Assembly: GCA_964596595.1 (NCBI GenBank)
Contig: CAZQUI010000001.1
Span: 15,817-79,816, forward strand
From: an uncultured Candidatus Saccharibacteria bacterium
GTDB taxonomy: Bacteria > Patescibacteriota > Minisyncoccia > Phycocordibacterales > PALSA-1337
Direction of reading: 5' to 3'
DNA: 64,000 nt
Under the pieces are notes generated by a model. That model had not been told where the DNA came from. It did no database searches and saw nothing but the letters and a program-made list of their open reading frames with translations. The position numbers were made by a program, and so were the translations under genes. Positions 1-9,821 of the stretch are shown here, one piece after another. Position 1 is the first letter of the stretch, and each line of letters opens with the position of its first letter.

Positions 1-221
1 GTATCGTATTTATCATACAATCCTGATACCATTTTTTTACGAATGGTATAAGCTAATTGCAAAAGCTCTGGAGCACCTTCAGAAATAACTGAAGAGCCAG
101 CATCAGTGATAATTTTCTTTAGGGATTCTGCTTCAGCCGGAACTTTTTCTTCAGGAACCGAAGAAGCGATGAGGTACCCTATCTCATAGACCGATAAACG
201 GTCATCTTGAATATCATTCAT
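1..221 (-). CDS. rpsF: 30S ribosomal protein S6 (runs off window start)
   Basis: Manual translation from ATG at 221: MNDIQDDRLSVYEIGYLIASSVPEEKV...LQLAYTIRKK; YE and LAY.I.K motifs of S6. Not in the ORF track. Confidence 0.85.
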   Translation of the reverse strand, partial: MNDIQDDRLSVYEIGYLIASSVPEEKVPAEAESLKKIITDAGSSVISEGAPELLQLAYTIRKKMVSGLYDKYD

Positions 222-457
222 GATTTTTGTTGTGCAGTCAGTGATTCACGAGGAATATAGTATGAGATATTCTTTGTGAAACCCCCTACGAACCCGTTGA
301 GGGACTTACTGCGATTATTATAATACAATTATGAGACTACCACAGGATTTTATATGTAGCAATAGATGGCAAAGTTCGGGGCCTTTATACAATATATAAA
401 CCCAAAATGAATTCTTTATGAATTTTGTCTAAATTTATAATGAAATCAATCAATAAA

Positions 458-1252
458 CTATAAACCAAAGAAATTTTTAGCGTTTTCCACAAGCTTTTCA
501 CAAGTTACTAACAGGTTTTCCCCTTTTATATCAGATATTCTTTTAGCAACTTCAATAACATAACTCGGCTCATTCCTCTTCCCTCTATATGGAACAGGTG
601 AAACAAAGGGGCAATCTGTCTCTGACATAATATTGCTCATTGGTATAAATTTAACCAGCTCATCATAATCTGAAGTAAAAGTTAAAACTCCCGTAAAAGA
701 CATTGTGCCATTTATTTCTAAAATAGATTTAGCATCATCTAGGGTACCCACAAAAAAATGAAAATTAGCTCTAACTTTTGAATATTGTTTTAATAATTCC
801 ACCACTTCTTGATACGCTGCTGTATTATTTTTTCCATTTCTCACATGAAGCATCAATGGTTTATTGAGTTGATTAGCTACTAAAATATGTTCTATAAAAA
901 CTCTTTTTTGTTCAATAATCTCTTCTGGTTTTGAGTGAAAATAATCCAGGCCACACTCTCCTAAAGCTACTACTTTAGGGTGCTGCGCAAGTTCTAGAAG
1001 TTGATGCTTAAACTTTCCCATCTCTACTGATGTAAGAGCCGACTGACTTCCCGCTTCTACAGGATGCATACCAACTGCGGTCCATACATTTTCATATTTC
1101 TCTGCTAATTTTATAGCCTGTTGTGAAGAGTGTAGGTCTGTTCCCACTATAATCATTCCGATTTCTGCATCTGCCGCTCTTTGAAAAACTTCCTCCCTAT
1201 CCAAATCATAATCAGAAAAATTTATATGCCCATGAATATCTATGTATTTCAT
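458..1252 (-). CDS. tatD: TatD family DNase
   Basis: DIHGH, GMHP, GECGLDY, LHVR, ETDCPF, RNEP motifs. Confidence 0.95.
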   Translation of the reverse strand: MKYIDIHGHINFSDYDLDREEVFQRAADAEIGMIIVGTDLHSSQQAIKLAEKYENVWTAVGMHPVEAGSQSALTSVEMGKFKHQLLELAQHPKVVALGECGLDYFHSKPEEIIEQKRVFIEHILVANQLNKPLMLHVRNGKNNTAAYQEVVELLKQYSKVRANFHFFVGTLDDAKSILEINGTMSFTGVLTFTSDYDELVKFIPMSNIMSETDCPFVSPVPYRGKRNEPSYVIEVAKRISDIKGENLLVTCEKLVENAKNFFGL

Positions 1253-1271
1253 AATTTAACAGTATAACAAA

Positions 1272-1296
1272 AGTCCCGTCACTATTTCCCATTAGG
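1272..1296 (-). terminator. Intrinsic terminator-like hairpin
   Basis: AGTCCCGTCAC/GTGACGGGACT 11-bp inverted repeat followed by T run on minus strand. Confidence 0.6.
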
Positions 1297-1487
1297 TGAC
1301 GGGACTATTGATCATTATTTGCTAGTATCGATGTTTAGTCCCAATTCGTCTCAAGACATCAATCGATTGCGCAACCAATCTTGATTTAAGACAGGCCACC
1401 AGGAAACTAGCTTTTTTATTTTGAGCGCTCTATTTCCCAATAACAGGATGTCATATTCATTAAAGTTAATCAACTCTGACCTAAAAA

Positions 1488-2951
1488 CTACCTTCTCATG
1501 AACAATGGTTTCTCTGGCATTTTATTTTCTTTGATGAGATTTTGAATTGTTACAGCCGTCTCAGGTAAAAATGGTTCAAGTTTTACAGCGATTTTAAATA
1601 AACTACTCAACATAGAATGAAGATCTTTTTTCGCCTCTTCAGGATCGGTCTTTATTTTCTTAAAGGGTTCAGTGCGTTGAATATGTTCATCTAACATTGA
1701 AATATCTTTCCAGATTTCATCTATTATCTTGGACAAATCGAAAGATTCAAAAGTTTTCTCTACTTTTGTAGCATCAGAATAATAATTTGCTATTTTTTCT
1801 TCATCGTTAAGAGTAATACCGTTGGTTGTAGACATTTTCAGTATCCTACTAGTGAGATTACCGATACCATTTGCCAAATGGGCATTGTAAGCATCTTTAA
1901 ATTTATCTAAAGTAAATGGACTATCCTCAAAAGCCGTAAGTTCTCGTAAAAGATAATACCTCAAGGCATCAGTTCCATATTCTTTAACGAGCTCAAAAGG
2001 ATCGACGGTATTACCCAAAGACTTTGACATCTTTATGCCACCTTCTCCTGTAATAAAGCCATTGATGATAATAGTTTTAGTAGGAGGTAAATCAGCAGCC
2101 ATGAGCATTGCTTGCCACATAGCTGATTGTTGACGAAGATTATCTTTGCCACAATATTGAACAATACCTCCTTGTTCTTTAGAATTTGTATTCCAATATT
2201 TTTTAAACTGAGTTTCATTTTCTGGCCAACCAAGTGTCGAAACGTAATTTACCAAAGCATCAAACCAAACATACATAACCTGAGTAGGATCACCTGGCAC
2301 AGAAACTCCCCACGGCATCTTTGAGGCTAAACGTGAGATACTAAAATCTTCCAAACCACGAGCCACAAAAGCTTTTATTTCATTAAAACGAAAATCCGGA
2401 ATAACAAGTGTTGGATTTTTTTCATAAAGATCCAAAAGTTTATCTTTAAAACTACTAAACTTAAAAAAATAATTCTCTTCATCAATTATCTCTAACTGTT
2501 GCAATGGATGTAATGGACAATGATCCTCAACAAGTTCTGATTCTGTTTTTTCAAGCTCACAACCAACACAATATTTTATGGAATATGTTTTTTTATAAAT
2601 ATAACCGTTTTTCTCTACCCTTTTCCAAAATTCAGCCGCAGCTTGTTTATGATGTGCATCTGAAGTTCGAATAAAATTTATATCTGAACTAATACCAAGT
2701 ACAGGTAAAAGTTCTTTGTATTTTAGAGCTAGACTATCGACGTACACCTGAGTATCCAAACCTTGTTCCTTGGCTTTACGATAGATCTTGAGACCATGTT
2801 CATCAGTTCCAGTATTAAAAAACACATCATAACCAGCCAGCTTATGAACTCGAGCAATAGCATCAGCACGAATAATTTCCATAGCAAAGCCAATATGAGG
2901 TTCAGCGTTTACATAAGGAAGGGTCGTTGTGATATAGAATGTCTTGGACAT
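1488..2951 (-). CDS. metG: Methionine--tRNA ligase (short form, no C-terminal tRNA-binding domain)
   Basis: YVNAEPHIG, GTDEHG, YVWFDAL, KMSKS. Confidence 0.97.
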   Translation of the reverse strand: MSKTFYITTTLPYVNAEPHIGFAMEIIRADAIARVHKLAGYDVFFNTGTDEHGLKIYRKAKEQGLDTQVYVDSLALKYKELLPVLGISSDINFIRTSDAHHKQAAAEFWKRVEKNGYIYKKTYSIKYCVGCELEKTESELVEDHCPLHPLQQLEIIDEENYFFKFSSFKDKLLDLYEKNPTLVIPDFRFNEIKAFVARGLEDFSISRLASKMPWGVSVPGDPTQVMYVWFDALVNYVSTLGWPENETQFKKYWNTNSKEQGGIVQYCGKDNLRQQSAMWQAMLMAADLPPTKTIIINGFITGEGGIKMSKSLGNTVDPFELVKEYGTDALRYYLLRELTAFEDSPFTLDKFKDAYNAHLANGIGNLTSRILKMSTTNGITLNDEEKIANYYSDATKVEKTFESFDLSKIIDEIWKDISMLDEHIQRTEPFKKIKTDPEEAKKDLHSMLSSLFKIAVKLEPFLPETAVTIQNLIKENKMPEKPLFMRR

Positions 2952-3017
2952 ACAAAAAACAGTCTAGCGCAGAAAGCCAAAAAACGGAAACGGCTGATGT
3001 ATGCAAAACAATACTTA

Positions 3018-3060
3018 CAAAATTGTTTTATAAGATATTTATAGTTATGATAATAGGATG
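3018..3060 (+). promoter_or_regulatory. Repeated sigma70-like promoter module (copies at 3018-3060, 3358-3399, 3729-3770)
   Basis: TTGTTT-N17-TATGAT then 6 nt to ATG; ~42-nt module repeated in front of three paralogous genes. Confidence 0.7.
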
Positions 3061-3324
3061 AAAAATAAATATATAACTTTATGTACAATTTCTTACATAG
3101 CAGCTATTATCTGGTTCTATTCGGCTAATGAATCTTTGCTTTATCATTACCCACGATCAGTAATAGGTCTTAGTATTTTATTAATATTGGTCGGCATTAT
3201 TTTAGGTGTTAAGAGTGTTAACAAAAAAGAAACTGGATGGATTGGTCGCATTGATATAATCATTGGGATAATTCTTTTACTTATCTTTATTTTTTATCTC
3301 ACCCTCGGCTTATCCTCTATATAA
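3058..3324 (+). CDS. Small 3-TM membrane protein, paralog 1
   Basis: Three hydrophobic segments; GVKSVNKKE..W.G motif shared with the next two ORFs. Confidence 0.8.
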   Translation: MKNKYITLCTISYIAAIIWFYSANESLLYHYPRSVIGLSILLILVGIILGVKSVNKKETGWIGRIDIIIGIILLLIFIFYLTLGLSSI

Positions 3325-3396
3325 AAAGAGCCCCCTATTTAGAATAACTGCCCTGCTCAAATTGTTTTGTTGGATGTTTATAGGTATGATTAAGGA

Positions 3397-3660
3397 ATGA
3401 AGAAATATAATAAAATACTTATCTCATTGACCTTATATATAATTACCATACTATGGTTCTTTTACTCTCTGCAATGGAATTATTACAATCCATGGTTATC
3501 AGACGGTCTTAACATTTTATTATTACTAATTGGCATTACTTTGAGCGTGAAGAGTGTTAACAGCAAAGAAACATCATGGGGTGGTCGTATCGTTATTGTT
3601 ATTGGTTTAATCCTACTTCTTCTTTCAACTATTGCTTTGCAACTAGAACTTTCTCTTTAA
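3397..3660 (+). CDS. Small 3-TM membrane protein, paralog 2
   Basis: SVKSVNSKETSWGG motif, same topology. Confidence 0.8.
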   Translation: MKKYNKILISLTLYIITILWFFYSLQWNYYNPWLSDGLNILLLLIGITLSVKSVNSKETSWGGRIVIVIGLILLLLSTIALQLELSL

Positions 3661-3767
3661 TAGTATTAAAAAAATAATCTAATAATATTTAATAAAAATG
3701 GTCCACCATTCAGCATACCTACCATAACCAAATTGTTTTATTGGATGTTTATAGTTATGATTAAGGA

Positions 3768-4034
3768 ATGAAGAAATATTTATTAATAACTATATCCTTT
3801 TATATTGCTACGGTTTTTTTATTTTTGACACCTACTAAAAATTTTATTCTTAAATACCCATTTTTAGATAAAACAATTGTCATATTTAGCATTTTACTTA
3901 CTTTAATGGGAATTTCCTTTGGAATTAAAAGTGTTAACATCAAGGAATCAGAAGGATGGGGCAAAATCCTGATAATAACTGGCACCTTAATGCTTCTACC
4001 ATTATTACTTTTGCTTATGTTGGCGAGAATATAA
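3768..4034 (+). CDS. Small 3-TM membrane protein, paralog 3
   Basis: GIKSVNIKESEGWG motif, same topology. Confidence 0.8.
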   Translation: MKKYLLITISFYIATVFLFLTPTKNFILKYPFLDKTIVIFSILLTLMGISFGIKSVNIKESEGWGKILIITGTLMLLPLLLLLMLARI

Positions 4035-4082
4035 TAAATAAAAAGAGCCCACCGAAGTGAGCTCTGTGAGAACTATAAAGAA

Positions 4083-6644
4083 CTAATTTGGAGCTACTAC
4101 TCGATAGAACCGCCGAACATTGTTTGTTGAATTCTTGTCATAGAACCGCACTGTACCGTTCGTATTGAGCAAGGATGCGATAGTTATCCAGTCAATGAAG
4201 TTAGTGGTGGCTTGAACATTGTATTCAAAACCTGATTGACCACTTAACTCATACGTATGTAATCCATTTGTTACACCAATCATCGCCAAAGAGAATGGTT
4301 GTGTTACCCCGCTTGCCGTTACGGTAACATTTGTCACGACTACAACTGACTGAATTTCACTAAATGGATCAAGTCGGAATCCAAGACCGTGCATGGTGTC
4401 ACTTGAAGCGGTCGGGAATTTAAACGAATAGCGCTGTAATCCATCTTGCACAGCTTGTTCATCTATCGAGCCAATGTTGTCTCCATCCCAATAAACTGAT
4501 AGCAACCCCACAGCAGCATTATTGGTACTTTGGAAGTCTGCTTCAAAAGAAACTATGTTGGCAACATTACTAACCGTAACAAATGTAACTAACCATACAG
4601 GAGAACCAGTTACGGCTTTGATACTTCCATTTGGATACTTATCAATTGTGCCTGTAGTACTTTGTGCTGCCGGACTATTAAACAGATCTAGTGGAGATGA
4701 AGGATATGTTGGCACAGGAATATCCAAGAAACATTTCAAATCAGGGACACCGAGCTCTTTTAATGGAACAGGATTTCCAACTCTTCCATTTCCGACTAAG
4801 TAATTAGCCGTAGCATTAGCATAGTTTCCTCCAATCTTACTTAATGGAAAACCGTAACCTTGATAATCCAAGGTTGCTGTTCCAACGATTGTGTTCTGAT
4901 AGAAAGTAATTGGCCAATCATGTTTAGATTTTGTCTGGTAACATGGTGTATCACTTCCAGTTACAAAATGATCTTGTTTGACTTTGTTTAGGTCAAGTTG
5001 AGTAACATCTACATTGTAAGTATGAGGCATTATAAATTGGGTAAAAGGTAAACCCTTACCGAATCCTGTATCCCCATCATCTTGTGTAAAGTAATTATCA
5101 GACCAATCAGCCCCTTTTCCATACACAGCTGCTCCTGAACCAGTTACTCCAACGTAAGGATCCAGGAAAGTCTCATGGATAACAACTGATGGATTGTTAG
5201 CCTTTATCAGGTCAGTGGCTGTCTGGATCAAGGCTGAACCTGCACTATGTGCGATGAAGTGTATATTGGTATATCCCTGGGCAATAATTTGACGACCAAG
5301 TTTTACACCTTGCTGTTTTGCGTTTCTTAATGCAGTTTGAGGTCCACCTTTAATCAAAGGAATATTTGCCCCTTCAATCCACATATACCCCAACACTTGC
5401 CAATTATTTATATTACCAGAATTCAAATAATCAGCTATTGCAGTAGTCATGGTATTAACCCATGCAGTAGAAACATTAGGATCATCACCAGTAGGTATCC
5501 GACCATGCGTCACAACCACCAAACTATCCTTACTATCCTCTTTGATCAGAACATTTCCATACACCGGTTGAGTTGGCTCTACTTTGATAGCGGCAAGTGA
5601 TTCGGTAAAAGGAACAGGATTTAACAAAACCGCCCTTTGTTGACCAAACGGACTAGTGCCCCAACCGACAATTTGACCACTGTTATTGATCGCATTGGCA
5701 AAACTGATGACCCATCCTGAATTGGTAACAACAAGTAGATCATTTAAGTCTTTCATGGAACCATTTGAATACAAGAAAGCTCTCAAGATCGGAGAGCCAC
5801 TAGAATGAGCGTTGCCTACAATTTCTCCACTGTCATTTATACCCAATGCACTACTATTATTACCTCCCAGTGTGCCTAGGTCTTTGATTTCCCCTGCTGA
5901 GTAAAGAAAAGCATGCATAAAACCATTATTTGGTAATTGCGATCTCCCTACTACTTGCCCATGACTATTTAGAGCATTGGCTGTACTAAAGTTTCCACCC
6001 AAAGTACCGAGATCACGCATACTTCCATTTTCATATAGAAATGCATGATATTCTCGAGAATTTAAGGCAGCAAATCCAACGATTTGTCCGTTATTGTTTA
6101 TCGCACTGGCTTCACTTGTAACTCCACCAAAAGTTCCAAGATCTTTGATCGTTCCTGATTGAGACAAAAAAGAACGAGTGTACTGACTGCCACTAGGTAT
6201 AAATTTACCAACTATCTCTCCTTGATTATTTATTCCTGCAGCTTGAGAATAAAGATTCTCTAACGTATCAACATACTGCATACTCCCTCCTGAGGATAGA
6301 AATGCAGTAATAAATCCGTTAAAAGGGTGTCGCCCATAACCAACAATTTCACTCTTATCATTTAGACCCAAGACAACAGTGTTATCACTTCCACAACAAA
6401 ATGTACCGATATCTCTTATCGAACCTTTGGAATAAAGAAAAGAGCGAATACTATCACCCGTTCCGGAGTAATATCCAACAACTTCACCTTTACTGTTAAT
6501 TGCGACTGCGCTACTACCAGAGTCCCCCAATATACCCAGGTCGATAACATGGTATCTTCTCTCTAGCTGTTGTCCTTGAACAAGAAAATTAATTGCAAAA
6601 AAGATACACACAACGAATGCAACCAACTTAATAACTTTTTTCAT
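4083..6644 (-). CDS. Secreted HAF-repeat protein with alpha/beta-hydrolase domain and C-terminal ...W...F.D...RFYR tail
   Basis: Signal peptide; repeated HAFLY..G.M.DLGTLGG..S.A..IN..G.IVG units; THG and AHSAG lipase-like motifs. Confidence 0.85.
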   Translation of the reverse strand: MKKVIKLVAFVVCIFFAINFLVQGQQLERRYHVIDLGILGDSGSSAVAINSKGEVVGYYSGTGDSIRSFLYSKGSIRDIGTFCCGSDNTVVLGLNDKSEIVGYGRHPFNGFITAFLSSGGSMQYVDTLENLYSQAAGINNQGEIVGKFIPSGSQYTRSFLSQSGTIKDLGTFGGVTSEASAINNNGQIVGFAALNSREYHAFLYENGSMRDLGTLGGNFSTANALNSHGQVVGRSQLPNNGFMHAFLYSAGEIKDLGTLGGNNSSALGINDSGEIVGNAHSSGSPILRAFLYSNGSMKDLNDLLVVTNSGWVISFANAINNSGQIVGWGTSPFGQQRAVLLNPVPFTESLAAIKVEPTQPVYGNVLIKEDSKDSLVVVTHGRIPTGDDPNVSTAWVNTMTTAIADYLNSGNINNWQVLGYMWIEGANIPLIKGGPQTALRNAKQQGVKLGRQIIAQGYTNIHFIAHSAGSALIQTATDLIKANNPSVVIHETFLDPYVGVTGSGAAVYGKGADWSDNYFTQDDGDTGFGKGLPFTQFIMPHTYNVDVTQLDLNKVKQDHFVTGSDTPCYQTKSKHDWPITFYQNTIVGTATLDYQGYGFPLSKIGGNYANATANYLVGNGRVGNPVPLKELGVPDLKCFLDIPVPTYPSSPLDLFNSPAAQSTTGTIDKYPNGSIKAVTGSPVWLVTFVTVSNVANIVSFEADFQSTNNAAVGLLSVYWDGDNIGSIDEQAVQDGLQRYSFKFPTASSDTMHGLGFRLDPFSEIQSVVVVTNVTVTASGVTQPFSLAMIGVTNGLHTYELSGQSGFEYNVQATTNFIDWITIASLLNTNGTVRFYDKNSTNNVRRFYRVVAPN

Positions 6645-6750
6645 ACTTACACCTTTCTTTTTTTATTTGATTGTCAAAAATAATACAACAAACGTATTAC
6701 CGAACAATAAGTTCTATTCGGAGTGTATACTATAGTTGGCAGATGGTCAA

Positions 6751-7794
6751 TTATACCTTGACCTCTTTTTTACCTTTTTCTATATCGTTTACGTACTCCA
6801 TAAAAGCAGCAGAAAGTGGTACGGCTATTAGAGCCCCAAGTACCCCTGCAAGTTTGGCGCCAATTACCAAAGCTAAAATAACAATAATTGGTGATATGCC
6901 GACAATTTTACGAACCACTAAAGGATAGAAGAAATGATTTTCTATTTGCTGAATAAGAACATACAATCCAATAACCAAAAGACCTGTTCCTGTACCTGCA
7001 GATGTAAAAGCCACCAAAGCAGCTGGTACCGCTGCAATAAAAGGTCCGAAAAGTGGAATTATTTCTAAAACGGCAGCAAATATAGCCAAGAGTAAAGCAT
7101 GCTTTATACCAACAATAACCAACATAAGATAGACCAAGACGCCTACGATAAGACCCAGAATAACCTGTCCTTGCAACCAAAGACCGATCTTACGGCGTGA
7201 ACGTTTCCAAAGTCCAATGATATATTCATGCCTATGAATAGGCGTGATAATACGCAAAAAATCATCAACACCTTCACCTTTTGCAGCCAAGTAAAAAGAG
7301 AGAGCGAGAATTAAAATAAATGACAATATTCCTCCAGATACAATACTGACAGTCTGAAAAGCATCAGCTCTGTTGCCTACAAAAAATGATTGTATTCCCG
7401 TAATAAAATCTGATATAGCAATCGTATGTCCACCCAAAGTACCGGTACCACCACCAATATCACCCAGAGGACTCCAGAGCTGTTGCAAAGAAATTGTTTG
7501 AGGTAAGTTACTTATAAAACCAGCAACTTCTTCCAAAACTTTTGGTACAAAAAATATTGTTGCTCCTGCTAAAATAATAGCAATAATAGCGTACATTATA
7601 ATTACACTAACAATACGATTTAAACCGAATCTATTGAAACGTCTAACTACCGGCTCTAATGCTGATGCAATTACTATAGCTGCCAATACTGCCAATACAA
7701 TATCAAAAAGAAAATACAAACTAACAATTAGAACTGCGACAGCAAAAAAACGAACGATTGTGCCAGTGGAGATTGAAATAGTGGAATTATTCAT
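6751..7794 (-). CDS. AI-2E family transporter
   Basis: Multi-TM; LEIIPLFGP, QQIENHFFYP, G.LGALIAVP motifs. Confidence 0.9.
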   Translation of the reverse strand: MNNSTISISTGTIVRFFAVAVLIVSLYFLFDIVLAVLAAIVIASALEPVVRRFNRFGLNRIVSVIIMYAIIAIILAGATIFFVPKVLEEVAGFISNLPQTISLQQLWSPLGDIGGGTGTLGGHTIAISDFITGIQSFFVGNRADAFQTVSIVSGGILSFILILALSFYLAAKGEGVDDFLRIITPIHRHEYIIGLWKRSRRKIGLWLQGQVILGLIVGVLVYLMLVIVGIKHALLLAIFAAVLEIIPLFGPFIAAVPAALVAFTSAGTGTGLLVIGLYVLIQQIENHFFYPLVVRKIVGISPIIVILALVIGAKLAGVLGALIAVPLSAAFMEYVNDIEKGKKEVKV

Positions 7795-7870
7795 AAATAT
7801 AATTTACGTAACCTCTGCAAAAAATATTCAAAATTAACGTTAAACTATTTGCAGTATAACTTAGTGGCCA

Positions 7871-9145
7871 CTAAGAACCAAGAGTAAAATATTCTTTAAA
7901 TCGATTCTCATCTTTTATTTTACCTACTATGGCCATGTTTAAATTTTTATCAACAAATATTTCCTGAGCTAATTTTTGTATATCTAAAGCGGTTACTTTA
8001 CGAATCTTGGCTAAAATTTCCTCCAAAGAATCCACCTTCCCTTTTATAACTTCTTGAGAACCAAAAAATTCCGATCGAGCTTCTGAAGTTTCTAATTCCA
8101 ACATACTAGTCCCCGCGATATTATCCTTGGCTTTTTGTAATTCAACCTCCGAAACCAATTCATCTTTAAATCTTCGACATTCCTCTAAAATACCCTTTAT
8201 AGCTTCATCTATGCGAGAAACATCAACACCAGCAGAGATTGAAAGATCGCCATGATCGGTAGATAAGTTTGCTCCAGCATTTATATAATAACAAATACCT
8301 AACTGATCCCTCATTTTAGAAAACAAACGTGAACTCATACCCTTACCCAAAATAGTAGATAGAACATTTAAAGTTGGTGCCCTCTGATCAAAAATAGAAA
8401 AAGTTCTAACAGCCATAGCTATGTGCGTTTGATCTGTTTCTTTAAATTTTAATTTGATAGCGGAAACACTTTGATTTTCAATAACAGGCTTTTTATTTTG
8501 TTTAGGTGAAATTTTTATATTTCCAAAATATTTTTCTATTTTTGAAGTAATAGTATTTTCATCAAAGGACCCCGAGACTACTACAGTAGTAGCATTACTA
8601 ACATAGTGAGCATTACGATAAGATATCAACTGTTCACGCGTAAACGAACGCACATTTGATTCTGTTCCGGCTATATTCCATCCCGCTGGTTGATCACCGT
8701 GCATGAGCGTGTTTAATACATCTTGTACATCACGATTTGGCATATCTTGATACATACGAATTTCTTCGACGATCACCCCTTTTTCTTTTTCGATCTCAGT
8801 AGTTTCAAAAAGAGGATTGAGGTATAAATCAGATACAATATCCAAAACTTCATCAAGTTTATTTGATGATACTTTTGCGTAATACCCAGTAAGTTCTTGA
8901 CCGGTAAAAGCATTGTAATGCGCCCCAAAAGAATCGAGCTCTCGAGAAATATCAATTGCTTTTGGTCGCTTTGGTGTACCCTTGAAAACCATGTGTTCCA
9001 AAAAATGAGACAAGCCACTAATCTCTTTGGTTTCGTATTTGGAACCAGCTTCAACCATAACCAAAACCGTCACCGAGGGATTATCGATCATTGGTACTGT
9101 AATCAGGCGTAGACCATTGGCAAGAATAGTTTTATTAAATTTCAT
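7871..9145 (-). CDS. M16 (pitrilysin-like) zinc peptidase
   Basis: Inverted zinc motif HFLEHMVFKGT, NAFT, SSRLF. Confidence 0.95.
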   Translation of the reverse strand: MKFNKTILANGLRLITVPMIDNPSVTVLVMVEAGSKYETKEISGLSHFLEHMVFKGTPKRPKAIDISRELDSFGAHYNAFTGQELTGYYAKVSSNKLDEVLDIVSDLYLNPLFETTEIEKEKGVIVEEIRMYQDMPNRDVQDVLNTLMHGDQPAGWNIAGTESNVRSFTREQLISYRNAHYVSNATTVVVSGSFDENTITSKIEKYFGNIKISPKQNKKPVIENQSVSAIKLKFKETDQTHIAMAVRTFSIFDQRAPTLNVLSTILGKGMSSRLFSKMRDQLGICYYINAGANLSTDHGDLSISAGVDVSRIDEAIKGILEECRRFKDELVSEVELQKAKDNIAGTSMLELETSEARSEFFGSQEVIKGKVDSLEEILAKIRKVTALDIQKLAQEIFVDKNLNMAIVGKIKDENRFKEYFTLGS

Positions 9146-9181
9146 AAGTTTAATCTAACAGAAAAGGAGGAATTGATCTAA

Positions 9182-9817
9182 TTATTTCACCTCAACACTC
9201 TCTCCATCCTCCAAAGTAATAAAGTTAATACCATTTTCAGAAAGAATCTTTTCTGGCAACAAATGTTGAGATGGTATTGAAACAGCATCATGAACTGGAA
9301 AAACAATTTTTGGTTTTATTTCCAAAGCATAATCAATCGCTTCGGAAATTTTCATCCATGGGCCAGCTACCGGAAGTGCCAATGCATCTATCTTTTTACC
9401 CGGAACCGTAAAAGCATCTCCTGGATAGAAAAATTTATCTTGAATTAAAAAACCCACATTAGAGATAGTTGGAACTGAACTATGAAAAGAAGCATGGTGT
9501 TTACCATAAACTTCAATTCTTACCCCTTTCACTTCTACTTGATTACCATGACTCATCACACGATGAATAACACCCTCTTCTGATAACATTTCTCCGACGA
9601 CATCATTTGTTATAACTACTGCGTCTGGAGAACGTTTTACTAATTCTTTAACTGAAGCTACATGAAAATGATCTGCATGTTCATGCGTTATCAGAATGAT
9701 ATCGATATGCTTAATCTTGCTATGCTCTTCTACACTATAAGAACCAGGGTCAACTAAAATCTTTATTTTATTTATATCAATAAGCAAACAACAGTGTGAA
9801 AGTTTTTTTATTTTCAT
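9182..9817 (-). CDS. Metallo-beta-lactamase-fold hydrolase
   Basis: THEHADH, PGD, PVHD. Confidence 0.9.
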   Translation of the reverse strand: MKIKKLSHCCLLIDINKIKILVDPGSYSVEEHSKIKHIDIILITHEHADHFHVASVKELVKRSPDAVVITNDVVGEMLSEEGVIHRVMSHGNQVEVKGVRIEVYGKHHASFHSSVPTISNVGFLIQDKFFYPGDAFTVPGKKIDALALPVAGPWMKISEAIDYALEIKPKIVFPVHDAVSIPSQHLLPEKILSENGINFITLEDGESVEVK

Positions 9818-9821
9818 AAAA

